Part shown: positions 1 through 9,532 of the stretch, piece after piece
Layout: each line of letters starts with the position of its first letter
Numbering within the stretch: the stretch's first letter is position 1
Source of the DNA: Candidatus Hydrogenedentota bacterium
Lineage (GTDB): Bacteria > Hydrogenedentota > Hydrogenedentia > Hydrogenedentales > SLHB01
Length of the DNA stretch: 64,000 bases
Assembly (NCBI GenBank): GCA_029974275.1
Contig: JARKSN010000030.1
Location: 8,101 to 72,100, forward strand
Direction: 5' to 3'
The notes under the pieces: generated by a model
Database searches by the model: none
What the model saw: only the letters and a program-made list of their open reading frames with translations
Told to the model about the DNA's origin: nothing
Translations under genes and position numbers: made by a program

Positions 1-379
1 CGCTGGCTCGAAGCAATTCGGCCAATGTGTCAAAGCGATCATCCAGTATTTCATTCCGCTCTTCGTACAACCCCAGCGACCGCGGCTGGCGGGCGGTCAA
101 CATGGCCCCCATGGAGGGCCGGGTCCAACTGCACGACGCCAGCGCGCGGGAAAAACGCACGCCTTGAGCCGCCAACGCATCCAGTTCGGGCGAAGTGTTC
201 TCCGTGAAGCCGTAACAACCGAGCCGGTCCGCGCGCAAGGCGTCCACAACGACAAGCACAACGTGGGGCCGCGTCCCTGGTTCCGCGGCGAGAGCGTTTG
301 CGGCCATTCCCGCCAACCACAGGCATGCCGCCCCGCCCCTCCACAAGCCCCGGACTCTTTCCGCCACAATTCTTCCCAT
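1..379 (-). CDS. Sulfatase-like hydrolase (alkaline phosphatase superfamily), N-terminal part; runs off the window start
   Basis: Not in the ORF track. Manual translation from ATG 379: MGRIVAERVRGLWRGGAACLWLAGMAANALAAEPGTRPHVVLVVVDALRADRLGCYG...TSPELDALAAQGVRF...SCSWTRPSM. Signal peptide plus typical sulfatase N-terminal motifs. Confidence 0.85.
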   Translation of the reverse strand, partial: MGRIVAERVRGLWRGGAACLWLAGMAANALAAEPGTRPHVVLVVVDALRADRLGCYGFTENTSPELDALAAQGVRFSRALASCSWTRPSMGAMLTARQPRSLGLYEERNEILDDRFDTLAELLRAS

Positions 380-404
380 GCTTCTCCCTGAACGTCCCAC
401 CCTT

Positions 405-1172
405 CTATCCAAGATATCCCAAGGCATGGGAAAACTCTCTGGCGGAGCCTGTCACCTGTGCGGTCAATTCAGGCAAATTTTCCTCTTTGAGCCGCGTGTT
501 GGGGCCTGATATTCCGATGGCAGCGGCCACCACGCCCGACGCATCGCGGACGGGAGCGGCGATGCATCGAATGCCCTCTTCGCGTTCGTCCCAATCCAGC
601 GCGCAGCCCGCCTGACGGACCTGCTCCAGATGGCGGCGAAGCTCCGCCACCGAACAAAGGGTGTACGGGGTGCACCGAACCAGCTCCATGCGGGCCAGCA
701 TGTTTTCCAACTGATCCTGCTGCTGAAAAGCAAGAAGACATTTCCCAGCGGCAGTGCAATGCAGCGGATGTCGCTCTCCCAAGCGGCAGTCCACAAAATT
801 GCGGTGCGGCGACGGAAACGCTTCGACCGTCACGGCCTCCATTCCATCCAGCACCGCAACATAGGCGCTTTCGCGGGTCGCATCGCGCAGACTGGGTAGA
901 AAACGGGCCGCCTCCATGCGCACGTTTTTTCCCGTAAGCCCATGTGCCGCCACAGCCAGCAATTTGCCCGTCAAGCGATAGCGCTCGCTGCGGGTCTCCT
1001 GGGCGACATAGCCGATCCGGCACAATGTCCGCAGGGCGCGGTGGACGGTGCTGGGAGGAAGCTGCGTTTCCTCCGCCAACTGGAGAACCCCTTTGCCGGC
1101 CGCATCGTCGCTGATGGCCTCAATAAGAGAGAAGGCTCTCTGAACGGAGTTGACAATGTTTTCTGTCATCAT
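405..1172 (-). CDS. IclR-family transcriptional regulator
   Basis: N-terminal HTH (SVQRAFSLIE...LPPSTVHRALRTL) and C-terminal IclR motifs (LHCTAAGKCLLA; EREEGIRCIAAPV; AIGISGP). Confidence 0.95.
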   Translation of the reverse strand: MMTENIVNSVQRAFSLIEAISDDAAGKGVLQLAEETQLPPSTVHRALRTLCRIGYVAQETRSERYRLTGKLLAVAAHGLTGKNVRMEAARFLPSLRDATRESAYVAVLDGMEAVTVEAFPSPHRNFVDCRLGERHPLHCTAAGKCLLAFQQQDQLENMLARMELVRCTPYTLCSVAELRRHLEQVRQAGCALDWDEREEGIRCIAAPVRDASGVVAAAIGISGPNTRLKEENLPELTAQVTGSAREFSHALGYLG

Positions 1173-1196
1173 AATTCCGCCTAGCAGCAGATTGTT

Positions 1197-1236
1197 TCGC
1201 TATGCGACTTTATCGCACGAGGGCCATTTTTGTCAA
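1197..1236 (-). promoter_or_regulatory. Putative sigma70 promoter of the IclR gene with an adjacent palindromic operator
   Basis: Minus strand TTGACA (1236-1231), 18 nt spacer, TAAAGT (1212-1207); palindrome TCGC-tat-GCGA at 1197-1207. Confidence 0.55.
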
Positions 1237-1560
1237 CAACAATAAGGGACGAAAAAGCACGTTTTCTGGTAATAAATATAACAAAAATATAAAATATAAA
1301 TATATAGCATAGTGCTTTTTTCTGCAAAATTAGGCAATAGATTTCATTTTTGGAATACAATTTCGTTATACAGAACACCATATATGGAGGTTTTCTTGCA
1401 AAAAAAGACTCGATGCAACAAATTATAGACGTCTATGCTTTATCGAGATTTCAACAATGCCTAATCATTATCTGAACGAAATATTCTCGCATCGGAACCC
1501 CAACACCCTGCAACGAGAAATGCCGGCCCCTACTTGCAACGAGCAGAACGGGCAATTCAA

Positions 1561-3681
1561 CTATTCCACAATCGTTACATCGAGTCGATGCGGCTCCTCT
1601 ATCATCGCTCGATGAAAACAGTAAACGTGGCCATCCTCGGCGCCTACCAGAAGATCAAGATGGCCGTCCCTGTCCCAGTCGATTGCCTGAGGAGCCGTAT
1701 TGTGCCCTTCAAGAATCGGCCCCAGAAGCGCGCCCCGATTTTTAAAGATGAAGTCGCCTATATTTTCGTACCAAACTACGCTTCCCGCTTCCTTGTCTGG
1801 ATTCAATCCCGAATCGCGGATAAGATCAAGGTCGCCATCTCCGTCCCAGTCGATCAACTGCGGGTTGGCGCGTCCGCTTTTTCCCAAAAGACGATCGTTG
1901 AGGGAAAGAGGCGATCCATCTTCCATCCGAAACGGCCGTATCCCTGGAGCGAACTGATTTCCCTGGGGCTTGAATGCGGCAAGAAATCCTTCGTGGTCTA
2001 TGGACAGCAGATCGCACATTCCGTCCTTGTCATAATCCACCAGGAGGGGGCGAGACCTCCATTGCACGATCAGTTCCGTAGGGGCGGGCTTCCACCAATT
2101 CCAGGCGGGACAAAGCGGATCATCGGTCCATGCTACGGATACGGGGGCCATGGAATATACGCGTCCGGGCGCCTCGAAGGCGATCAGCGTGACTCTCCCA
2201 AAACAATTGCTGAAAACGAGATCTGGCTTCCCATCGCCGTTGACGTCTCCCGTAGAAGGAGATGTGTAGCCCCATTTTCGCTCGTTGGGGCCTTGGGGGC
2301 TTCCGTTATACCCAGCCTGAATGCGCAGCGGCGCCCCATCGACCTCCAAACGCTGGCCCGCCTCGAAGGAATTTCCGGTCCATCGGAACCACGTGAGGCA
2401 ACCGGCTGTGTCGCCCAGAAACAAATCGCGGGTGGATTCGTCGAGCCAGGGAGCGGCCAGACCGCCCGCCTTCAGCGCGGCGCCCTCTTCGCGCAGGAAG
2501 ATTTCCTCCTCGAATTGTGGCGCGCCCTGCACAACCCCCTGGTTGAGGAAGACTCCGATGCGGCCGTCCTCTTCGCCCACGACGAGGTCTGGCTTGCCGT
2601 CGCGGTTCCAGTCGCAAACGACGGGAATCATCATGCATAAGCCGATGCGCATGGGCCCTTTGGCGGTCATCAGGGGACGCGGCGCGGCAAGTATCGGCGT
2701 TCGGCCCACTCCCAAATTCTCGAAATAGAAGAAGTCGTCGCAAGGGCCGCTGCAAATGAGGTCCATATCGCCGTCGCCGTCCCAATCGGCCGCGCAGGGG
2801 AAGGGGTCGCCGTTCATCACGATGGGACGGTCTTCCGCCTCCAGCGCGACGGGAGGCGCATAGACGGGGGCTGCATTCGATCCGGTGTTTTTATAAAACC
2901 AGACGTAGCCGTTGGCGGTCCCGCCCAGCCACTTTCCGTTGCTATCATACCGAGCGTCGCGCACGACGCCGCGCACGTCCTTGGCGGCGGCGAGGATATC
3001 GACCGCGCCGTCGCCGTCCCAGTCCACGGGCCGAACCGTGAAATTGCGCGGGGCGTCCGCCGGCACGGTGAACGGCAACGGGGCCGATTGGGCCATGCCG
3101 TTTTTCCTCACATCGGCGCACCAGACGGTCCGGCCAATGATGTCCAATTTGCCATCGCCGTCCAAGTCTCCGAGCGAAGGCCCTTCAATGCCGTCGCCGA
3201 TCCGGGCTGTCTGACAGAACACGCCGTCCGGTCCTTGGAGGTATACGTATACGCCGCCCTGACATCGATCGGTGCAACTGTACAGGAGGTCCCAATCGCC
3301 GTCGCCGTCCCAGTCCAGCGGCATTCCCGCTCCCCAAAGCCCCACGCCGAGATCCGCCACGACGTCCGCGCGTCCGTAATCCAACATGTCGCCGCCGCCG
3401 GCGAAAACAACCGGAATGGGCGCTGGTTCGGGATTTGCCTCGATGCGGTAGCGGTGCGCGGCGGTGGCGTCGTCGGTCCTGGTGAAAAATACGTATCTTT
3501 TACCGCGCCGTTGCTGCGTTTTGCTGGGCGCTTCCTTGCCGGAGTCCGCATCGAACACGCGCGCGGTTCGCACGGACTCGTCCACTACACATCGTGCGGG
3601 CGCGTCATTCCAAGCTTTTGAATAGGCTGGCGCCTCCACCATCATTCCCGCTGCAAAGAGCGCCACGAGTTCCGCGATCAT
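1561..3681 (-). CDS. Secreted FG-GAP/VCBS-repeat beta-propeller protein
   Basis: Many DWDGDGDxDL repeats with WYEN/FYKN strands. Start moved to ATG 3681 behind GGAGGAG; signal-peptide-like MIAELVALFAAG. Confidence 0.85.
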   Translation of the reverse strand: MIAELVALFAAGMMVEAPAYSKAWNDAPARCVVDESVRTARVFDADSGKEAPSKTQQRRGKRYVFFTRTDDATAAHRYRIEANPEPAPIPVVFAGGGDMLDYGRADVVADLGVGLWGAGMPLDWDGDGDWDLLYSCTDRCQGGVYVYLQGPDGVFCQTARIGDGIEGPSLGDLDGDGKLDIIGRTVWCADVRKNGMAQSAPLPFTVPADAPRNFTVRPVDWDGDGAVDILAAAKDVRGVVRDARYDSNGKWLGGTANGYVWFYKNTGSNAAPVYAPPVALEAEDRPIVMNGDPFPCAADWDGDGDMDLICSGPCDDFFYFENLGVGRTPILAAPRPLMTAKGPMRIGLCMMIPVVCDWNRDGKPDLVVGEEDGRIGVFLNQGVVQGAPQFEEEIFLREEGAALKAGGLAAPWLDESTRDLFLGDTAGCLTWFRWTGNSFEAGQRLEVDGAPLRIQAGYNGSPQGPNERKWGYTSPSTGDVNGDGKPDLVFSNCFGRVTLIAFEAPGRVYSMAPVSVAWTDDPLCPAWNWWKPAPTELIVQWRSRPLLVDYDKDGMCDLLSIDHEGFLAAFKPQGNQFAPGIRPFRMEDGSPLSLNDRLLGKSGRANPQLIDWDGDGDLDLIRDSGLNPDKEAGSVVWYENIGDFIFKNRGALLGPILEGHNTAPQAIDWDRDGHLDLLVGAEDGHVYCFHRAMIEEPHRLDVTIVE

Positions 3682-3792
3682 GGTTTCTCCTCCCGCTCGT
3701 TGTGGGTCGCAAAGACGGTAGTGTCGCACAAGTGGATGGCGTTGTTCGACCCTCTTGCCTGGAGCGCGAAACGCGGCGATAATGCCCCTGAT

Positions 3793-4665
3793 ATGAAGGA
3801 GCAACATCGCGAAACAGATAGTGCACGCGTATCCTGGGGCGCGCTATGGCGCGAGGGGATGTGCTGCGCCGCGCGCAACCTGGCATCGCGCCCCGGTTCG
3901 AAACCGTTTCGCGATGCCTTGCGGCTGGCGTTGTGTCCCGTCGACTTCTGGCGTTATTTCGAGTTTGGGGCGGCGCTGAGCGTTTACAGAGGCGAGAGCC
4001 CTGTGCTCGATGTCGGCAGCCCGAAATTGCTGGCGCGCGTGTGGGCCCAGCATTTCGGCGCCGAAGTATGGGCAACGGACATCGTTCCGGGCGTGCTGGA
4101 AGAATGCGGCGCGTATGGGCGCGGCCTGCGACGCGGCGCGATCTTGGGGCGCGTCGTTGACGCCGCCGCGATGGATTTCGCGGACGAATCATTTCCGTTC
4201 GTCTGTTCGATCAGCGTCGTGGAACATATCGCCGGGGAGGGCGATAGCCGGGCGCTGCAAGAAATCGCACGCGTGTTGCGGCCGGGAGGTCGGGCTGTCG
4301 TCACCGTTCCGTACGTGCCGCGATATGCAGAATCGTGGCGCGATCGCGACCCGTACGGACGCCAAATCCGTGATGCCGCCGGGCGCGTATTCTTTTCGCG
4401 CTACTATGATCGGGACGCGATCCAGGAACGACTTGTACTGCCTTCGGGGCTTTCGCTGATTTCGCTGCAGGCATGGCAGGAACGCCGCGATGGCTGGTAC
4501 AACGCCTATATCCGGAGAACGGCCTGCCCCCTTCATCCCGCGGCGATGATCACCAAGGCGCTTGACCCGCTCTGGGCAAGAACCCAGGTGGAGCCGGTTC
4601 CTGACGCCTCTCGGGGCGTTTCGCGGCATGGGCTTGCCGCGCTCGTATTCGCGAAGAATCGATGA
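3793..4665 (+). CDS. Class I SAM-dependent methyltransferase (Methyltransf_11-like); start uncertain
   Basis: VLDVGS motif I; FADESFPFVCSISVVEHI; EIARVLRPGG. Confidence 0.85.
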   Translation: MKEQHRETDSARVSWGALWREGMCCAARNLASRPGSKPFRDALRLALCPVDFWRYFEFGAALSVYRGESPVLDVGSPKLLARVWAQHFGAEVWATDIVPGVLEECGAYGRGLRRGAILGRVVDAAAMDFADESFPFVCSISVVEHIAGEGDSRALQEIARVLRPGGRAVVTVPYVPRYAESWRDRDPYGRQIRDAAGRVFFSRYYDRDAIQERLVLPSGLSLISLQAWQERRDGWYNAYIRRTACPLHPAAMITKALDPLWARTQVEPVPDASRGVSRHGLAALVFAKNR

Positions 4666-4916
4666 CGGAACGGTCGCCGCGGTTTGTCTGGCAACAGGCA
4701 TAGTGGTCGAAGGGTCCGCGCATATGCTCCGGTTCCGCGGCGTTGAGGTTGGACATTCGCGCATTGGCCGTGTACCCTATGGAGACGGCGCACACGCCGT
4801 CGGCGGTCTTCTGGGCCGTTTCATACACTATCCGCTTTGAGGGATGACCGTTTCCGGCGCGAAACGTGTTTGTCCTCTCTGAAACCATCGTTGGCAAGAA
4901 AGTGCGAGAGAACGCC

Positions 4917-6758
4917 ATGAAGACGTGGGTCCCCAGGCATGTATCCCGGTTGTTGTTGGTTGTCCTGTTGGCGACGCCAGTATACGCCGCCCCATCCGGG
5001 GAGGAACCGGAACCACAGCTCGATCCGTTGAGCCGTGCGCCGCTTGATCCCTCCGTTTCCTCGGCATATACGCCGCGCGGGGGCGAAGCGGCGTCCGCAT
5101 TGCCGAGCAAATACCCGCCCGATGCAACCGCCATGTTGCTCAACTATTGCCGTGAGTCGCTGTTTCGCATCGCAGAGTTCAATGATCGAACGGTGTTGGA
5201 CGAGGAATACGGCAAGTTGGTCAATAACGTGGATGTAACGCGGATTCAGGATGACGAAATTGCGGAGATTTTCAAGCTTTTCCTGACGGAATTGGACGCT
5301 CTCAAGTTGAATGCGGATGAAAAGGAGCGGATTGTGGCCGCGTACAATCGTCAAATACAGTCGAGCGTCCTTCAGTATTTCCGCCCTGGAAAGGGCATTC
5401 AGGACCTTAAGAGCGCGGGCATTCCGGTGGGCGGAAACAGCCCCGCCGCGTTGGCGTGCAAGGGAATCTTGATCGTCGCGTCAGGAATCGCCAATTACAA
5501 GAGTTCGGTGACCAAGCTTCAACAAGAGGCCGGAGCGCGCATTGCTGCGTTGACCGGCGAGGAACTCAAGCGATTGACGACGTTGCGCACCCAGTTTTTC
5601 GATACCGAATACCGGATATACAAGCGGTATGGCCTGTCCGATCGACTGAATCTCAAGGAAGTTCAGCTGGAACAGTATCTGAAGGTGCTGGCGGATGAAG
5701 ACAGCCATCGGCGCCTTGAACGTCTGGACCGTCTGAAAGACGATTTCGCCGCCTTTCCTCCGTTCTGGTATCAATTGGGCCGCGCCGCCCAGGAAAGCGG
5801 CAATCGTTCGCTGGCGCTGGCGCACTATGCGCATTTCGAACAGGTTTACACGCGCGTGTTTCGGGAGGATCCGGATTACGTAATGCTCTGCATGCACCGG
5901 GTGTTGCTGTGGGATCCGCAGCGGGATCGAGGGGCGATCGTGCGCGATCTCCAGACGATCGAACGCCACACGAAGTATTATTACAAATGGGAGAGCGTGC
6001 TGTTCGCCGCGTTGACGTATTACCAGATCGGCGACCTCGAAAACGCGCGGCGGCTTATTCAAACCAGCATCCATGAGGGATACAACGTTCCCTTTCATGA
6101 GGAAATCCGCACGAAAATGGAGAGCGAGGCCGCCCGAGATGCGCTGCGCCACACCGCGCGGGACCTTTTCGCCAAGACGGATGCGGTCGCCGTGGAAGCG
6201 TTGCGCCGCGTGGGGCCGGCGCAGCGGATCGAAGTGCTGCGCATGCTTGGCCCCCGCGTGACGGGCATTGCGTTTTCGGTGAAGCCCCGTTCCCATGCGG
6301 CGCAGCATGCCTCGTACGCGGTGCCGGTGTACAATCTGTATTCCATCGGCAGGAGCGTTCTGAAAGGCGACGCATACAACGACAACGTGATCGCGCATGT
6401 GCCGATGGAATGGTTTCGGGGCGATCAGCCGAAGATCACGTTGAGCTTTCTGGGGCGTTCCTTCAAGCCCGTTGCGCGCTGGCGCAACAAAGAGTTGGAT
6501 ACGATGGAACTGGAATTTTCGCGGGTGTTCGAGCAGGACGATGTCGTCAAGCGCAAGATGTCGCGACAGCTCCGGTTGCGCATCGAGGCTTTGGAGACGA
6601 CGCTGGATTTCACGTACGACGTCAAACCCGTCACCGCCGAGATGATCACGGTGAGGCCCGAATTGTCGCTCGATACGCCGTTTTTTGATTTGATGACCAT
6701 CGAATATGCGGGAGACCGTTTCCGTATCGATGGCGGATTGGTCGTGTCGGCGCCGTAG
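4917..6758 (+). CDS. Exported hypothetical protein, helical with TPR-like repeats
   Basis: Signal peptide MKTWVPRHVSRLLLVVLLATPVYA; TPR-like segments FWYQLGRAAQESG and ALTYYQIGDLENARRLI. Confidence 0.75.
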   Translation: MKTWVPRHVSRLLLVVLLATPVYAAPSGEEPEPQLDPLSRAPLDPSVSSAYTPRGGEAASALPSKYPPDATAMLLNYCRESLFRIAEFNDRTVLDEEYGKLVNNVDVTRIQDDEIAEIFKLFLTELDALKLNADEKERIVAAYNRQIQSSVLQYFRPGKGIQDLKSAGIPVGGNSPAALACKGILIVASGIANYKSSVTKLQQEAGARIAALTGEELKRLTTLRTQFFDTEYRIYKRYGLSDRLNLKEVQLEQYLKVLADEDSHRRLERLDRLKDDFAAFPPFWYQLGRAAQESGNRSLALAHYAHFEQVYTRVFREDPDYVMLCMHRVLLWDPQRDRGAIVRDLQTIERHTKYYYKWESVLFAALTYYQIGDLENARRLIQTSIHEGYNVPFHEEIRTKMESEAARDALRHTARDLFAKTDAVAVEALRRVGPAQRIEVLRMLGPRVTGIAFSVKPRSHAAQHASYAVPVYNLYSIGRSVLKGDAYNDNVIAHVPMEWFRGDQPKITLSFLGRSFKPVARWRNKELDTMELEFSRVFEQDDVVKRKMSRQLRLRIEALETTLDFTYDVKPVTAEMITVRPELSLDTPFFDLMTIEYAGDRFRIDGGLVVSAP

Positions 6759-6902
6759 CCACGCGATCCTCGCTGGGGAAAGATACGCCAGCGCTTCCGG
6801 GCGCGACGGGCAATCCGGCGGCGGCTCCCAAGCGGCGATATCTCGCCTCAACGGCGAACGGGAATTGCGGGCCGACTTCAAAGAGCGTTTTGCGCGACGG
6901 GA

Positions 6903-8123
6903 TCACGCATAGGTTTCGGCGGCTTCCTTGGCGCACTGTGTCCATTCGTGCAGACGATTGGGATGTCCGGCCAAGGTCTCCAACTCCCGCAGCACAATCT
7001 GGTAGCGATATCCGTGGAGCCGGCGCGCGCCGTCCATCAGATCGCGTCGGATTCGCTGGACATCGTCGGGGAAGACCACATCACTGGCCTTCTGACGCCA
7101 CATGATGCAGCACTGTTTCCCCGCTTTTTCGATCACGACGTCCAGATTCGTCCACGCGCTGCACGTGAGGATGCGCAGGTTGGGTATGGTGAGGACGCCG
7201 TCGATTTTCTGGGTCAAGTTTTCGCAGCAGCCATACCCAACCGCGCCGAAACGATCGAAGATAGGCTTCTGGTATGCGAGACAATACTCCTCCCACATTT
7301 CCGGCGAAACCTGATCGAATTCTTGTGAATTCGCCATGCACCAAAGATTCTTGCAGGTGAGATTTCCATCGGGCGGCGCCGGGCCGAGGGGATCGCTGCA
7401 CGTCATCGGTCCAGTGTTGTTGGGGGTGATAAGGCCCGTTGCTTCGAGTTGATCCAGGGCGGAAAGCGCGGCGTCTCGCAAATAAGCCATCAGTTGATGA
7501 CAGAAATCCGGCTCGATTGCCATATCCAGCATCATTTGTTCGAGGCCGCGCAGATCCGCGGCGGCAGTCCCGAGGGTGGCGCTCAGAAGGGGTTCCGCGA
7601 CTATCCTGACCGGCAGGATGTCGCCCAGCAGGTCCTCGATTCGCGCCTTGTGCGCGCGCGTTCGTTCCGCGCAGTGCGTAAAGCGCGGCAACCGAAGCTT
7701 GGCGATGTCCCTTATCTCCTTGAGGGGAGGATCGTAGGCCCAAGCCCCGCCGACTGGGCTGGGCGCATGGCGCCCAATTTCCACGCCCCAAACATTGGGG
7801 GGATCGCTTTGAAACGCCGCGGCGACAGGGACGAAATCGTCGACGGGCTGATCATCGTCGATGGCGCGTTTGTGGATGATCTGGAGAAAGTGGCGCTCCA
7901 AATAGCGCAGCAGCGGGTCCGTGCATGCCAACATGGTTTCGGGGATGATTTCCTTCCAGCATCCCACCGGCCGGCACCACACGGGGGCACGATCGGGTTT
8001 TCGCAAGGCGTTCACGTCGGCCCAGCGTTTCTTGATCGCGGCCATCCTGGGTTCCTGCGCGATGACTGCGACGCGCCGGGCCAGTTCCCGTATACGGTCA
8101 ACCTCGTGTCTTGGGCAATTCAT
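6903..8123 (-). CDS. Uroporphyrinogen decarboxylase/MtaA-CmuA superfamily-like protein
   Basis: IRELARRVA...W N-terminus; LRGLEQMMLDM; SPEMWEEY; YGCCE. Confidence 0.7.
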   Translation of the reverse strand: MNCPRHEVDRIRELARRVAVIAQEPRMAAIKKRWADVNALRKPDRAPVWCRPVGCWKEIIPETMLACTDPLLRYLERHFLQIIHKRAIDDDQPVDDFVPVAAAFQSDPPNVWGVEIGRHAPSPVGGAWAYDPPLKEIRDIAKLRLPRFTHCAERTRAHKARIEDLLGDILPVRIVAEPLLSATLGTAAADLRGLEQMMLDMAIEPDFCHQLMAYLRDAALSALDQLEATGLITPNNTGPMTCSDPLGPAPPDGNLTCKNLWCMANSQEFDQVSPEMWEEYCLAYQKPIFDRFGAVGYGCCENLTQKIDGVLTIPNLRILTCSAWTNLDVVIEKAGKQCCIMWRQKASDVVFPDDVQRIRRDLMDGARRLHGYRYQIVLRELETLAGHPNRLHEWTQCAKEAAETYA

Positions 8124-8333
8124 GATCGCACTCCAATCCACAGCCCCATCTCCCGGTTCGAGCGTCGCGGCGGCGCAGTTCATAGCCGGCGTTTTGCTCA
8201 GGCGCCGGGGAAGTATAACGCAGCGTCGCGGTTATGGCAACGTTGCCATGCTGATGCCCGGCGTGCTATGCTGCCAACCGAGACACGCCGCACGGACCGT
8301 GAAATAACAACCACATGCCATGGAGACGCACAG

Positions 8334-9461
8334 ATGACGCCTCGGGAACGATATCTGGAAACCCTGCTGTTTGGCGCCCCCGACCGGATCCCTTTTCAGC
8401 CCGGCGGACCGCGCGAGAAGACGCTGAAGCGATGGCGTCAGGAGGGACTGCCCGAGAGCGGGGATTGGTTCCTGCACCTGTGCCGCGAAATCGGCGTGCA
8501 GCCCGAAGTTCCGAACGCGCCGGTTGCCCATCCGGGCGTGAATTTTCGTATGAACCCCGTATTCGAGGAGAAAGTGATCGAGCACAAGGATGGGCATTAT
8601 ATTGTCCAGGATTGGATGGGAAACATCACGGAGATTTCTGACGAGTACGATTACACCTACATCCGTGACGCGAAAGACTTTGTGACCCGGAAATGGCATG
8701 CGTTCCCTGTAGCGACCCGCGCCGATTTCGACGCCATGAAGAAGCGCTACAATCCCGATGACCCGTCCCGGTATCCGGCGGATTTCGCGGATCGGGTCAA
8801 GGTCATGCGGGAACGGGATTACGTCGTGCAAATCGGGTTTCCGGGCCCTTTTTGGCAGTTGCGCGAGTGGTGCGGCTTCGAGCCACTGTGCCTGTTGTTC
8901 CTGGAGGATCCTGAGTTCGTGCGGGAGATGGTCGATTTCTGGACGATGTTCGTCTCGCGCACCATGGCCCGCGTGTTGGACGCCGGCGTGGTAGACGCCA
9001 TCTGGATCAGCGAGGACATGGCGTACAAGGAAAAGAGCATGATCAGCCCGCACATGGCCCGGGAATTCCTACTGCCCGCATGGTCCCGGTGGGTTTCGGA
9101 AGGACGGCATGCCGGGGTTCGTGTGTTCGACATGGATTCGGACGGGCGGGTCGACGACCTAATCCCGTTGTGGATCGAGGCGGGCATCAATGTCTGCGAT
9201 CCCATCGAAGTGGCGGCCGGTTGCGACATCAACGCGTACCGCGCCGCGTTTGGGCATGGCATCGCATACCGGCAAGGCGTGGACAAACGTTGCATCGCCA
9301 AGGGCGGCAACGATATGGAACAGGAACTCGCGCGCGTCGCGCCGGTCCTCGAGGATGGCGGATACATTCCCGGTTGCGATCACGGCGTTCCTCACGACAT
9401 TTCCTGGTTGCACTTCGTCCGCTACGCAAAACGCCTTGCGGAAATGACCGGCTGGTTATAG
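8334..9461 (+). CDS. Uroporphyrinogen decarboxylase (URO-D) family protein
   Basis: True start MTPRERY inside the long ORF; SEDMAY..MISP; MDSDG; GGYIPGCDH. Confidence 0.85.
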   Translation: MTPRERYLETLLFGAPDRIPFQPGGPREKTLKRWRQEGLPESGDWFLHLCREIGVQPEVPNAPVAHPGVNFRMNPVFEEKVIEHKDGHYIVQDWMGNITEISDEYDYTYIRDAKDFVTRKWHAFPVATRADFDAMKKRYNPDDPSRYPADFADRVKVMRERDYVVQIGFPGPFWQLREWCGFEPLCLLFLEDPEFVREMVDFWTMFVSRTMARVLDAGVVDAIWISEDMAYKEKSMISPHMAREFLLPAWSRWVSEGRHAGVRVFDMDSDGRVDDLIPLWIEAGINVCDPIEVAAGCDINAYRAAFGHGIAYRQGVDKRCIAKGGNDMEQELARVAPVLEDGGYIPGCDHGVPHDISWLHFVRYAKRLAEMTGWL

Positions 9462-9532
9462 ATCCCGTTGCGCAGTTTGCGTTGTGACGCAAACGTCTCC
9501 GAACGAACGGTTCCACCCTGGAGGAAATTCGC

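Noticed and set aside
1534-2640. 368-aa plus-strand ORF
   Set aside because: Antisense shadow of the FG-GAP gene with no motifs.
7449-8333. N-terminal extension of the 670-aa ORF
   Set aside because: Overlaps the minus-strand URO-D-like gene; the real start is MTPRERY at 8334.
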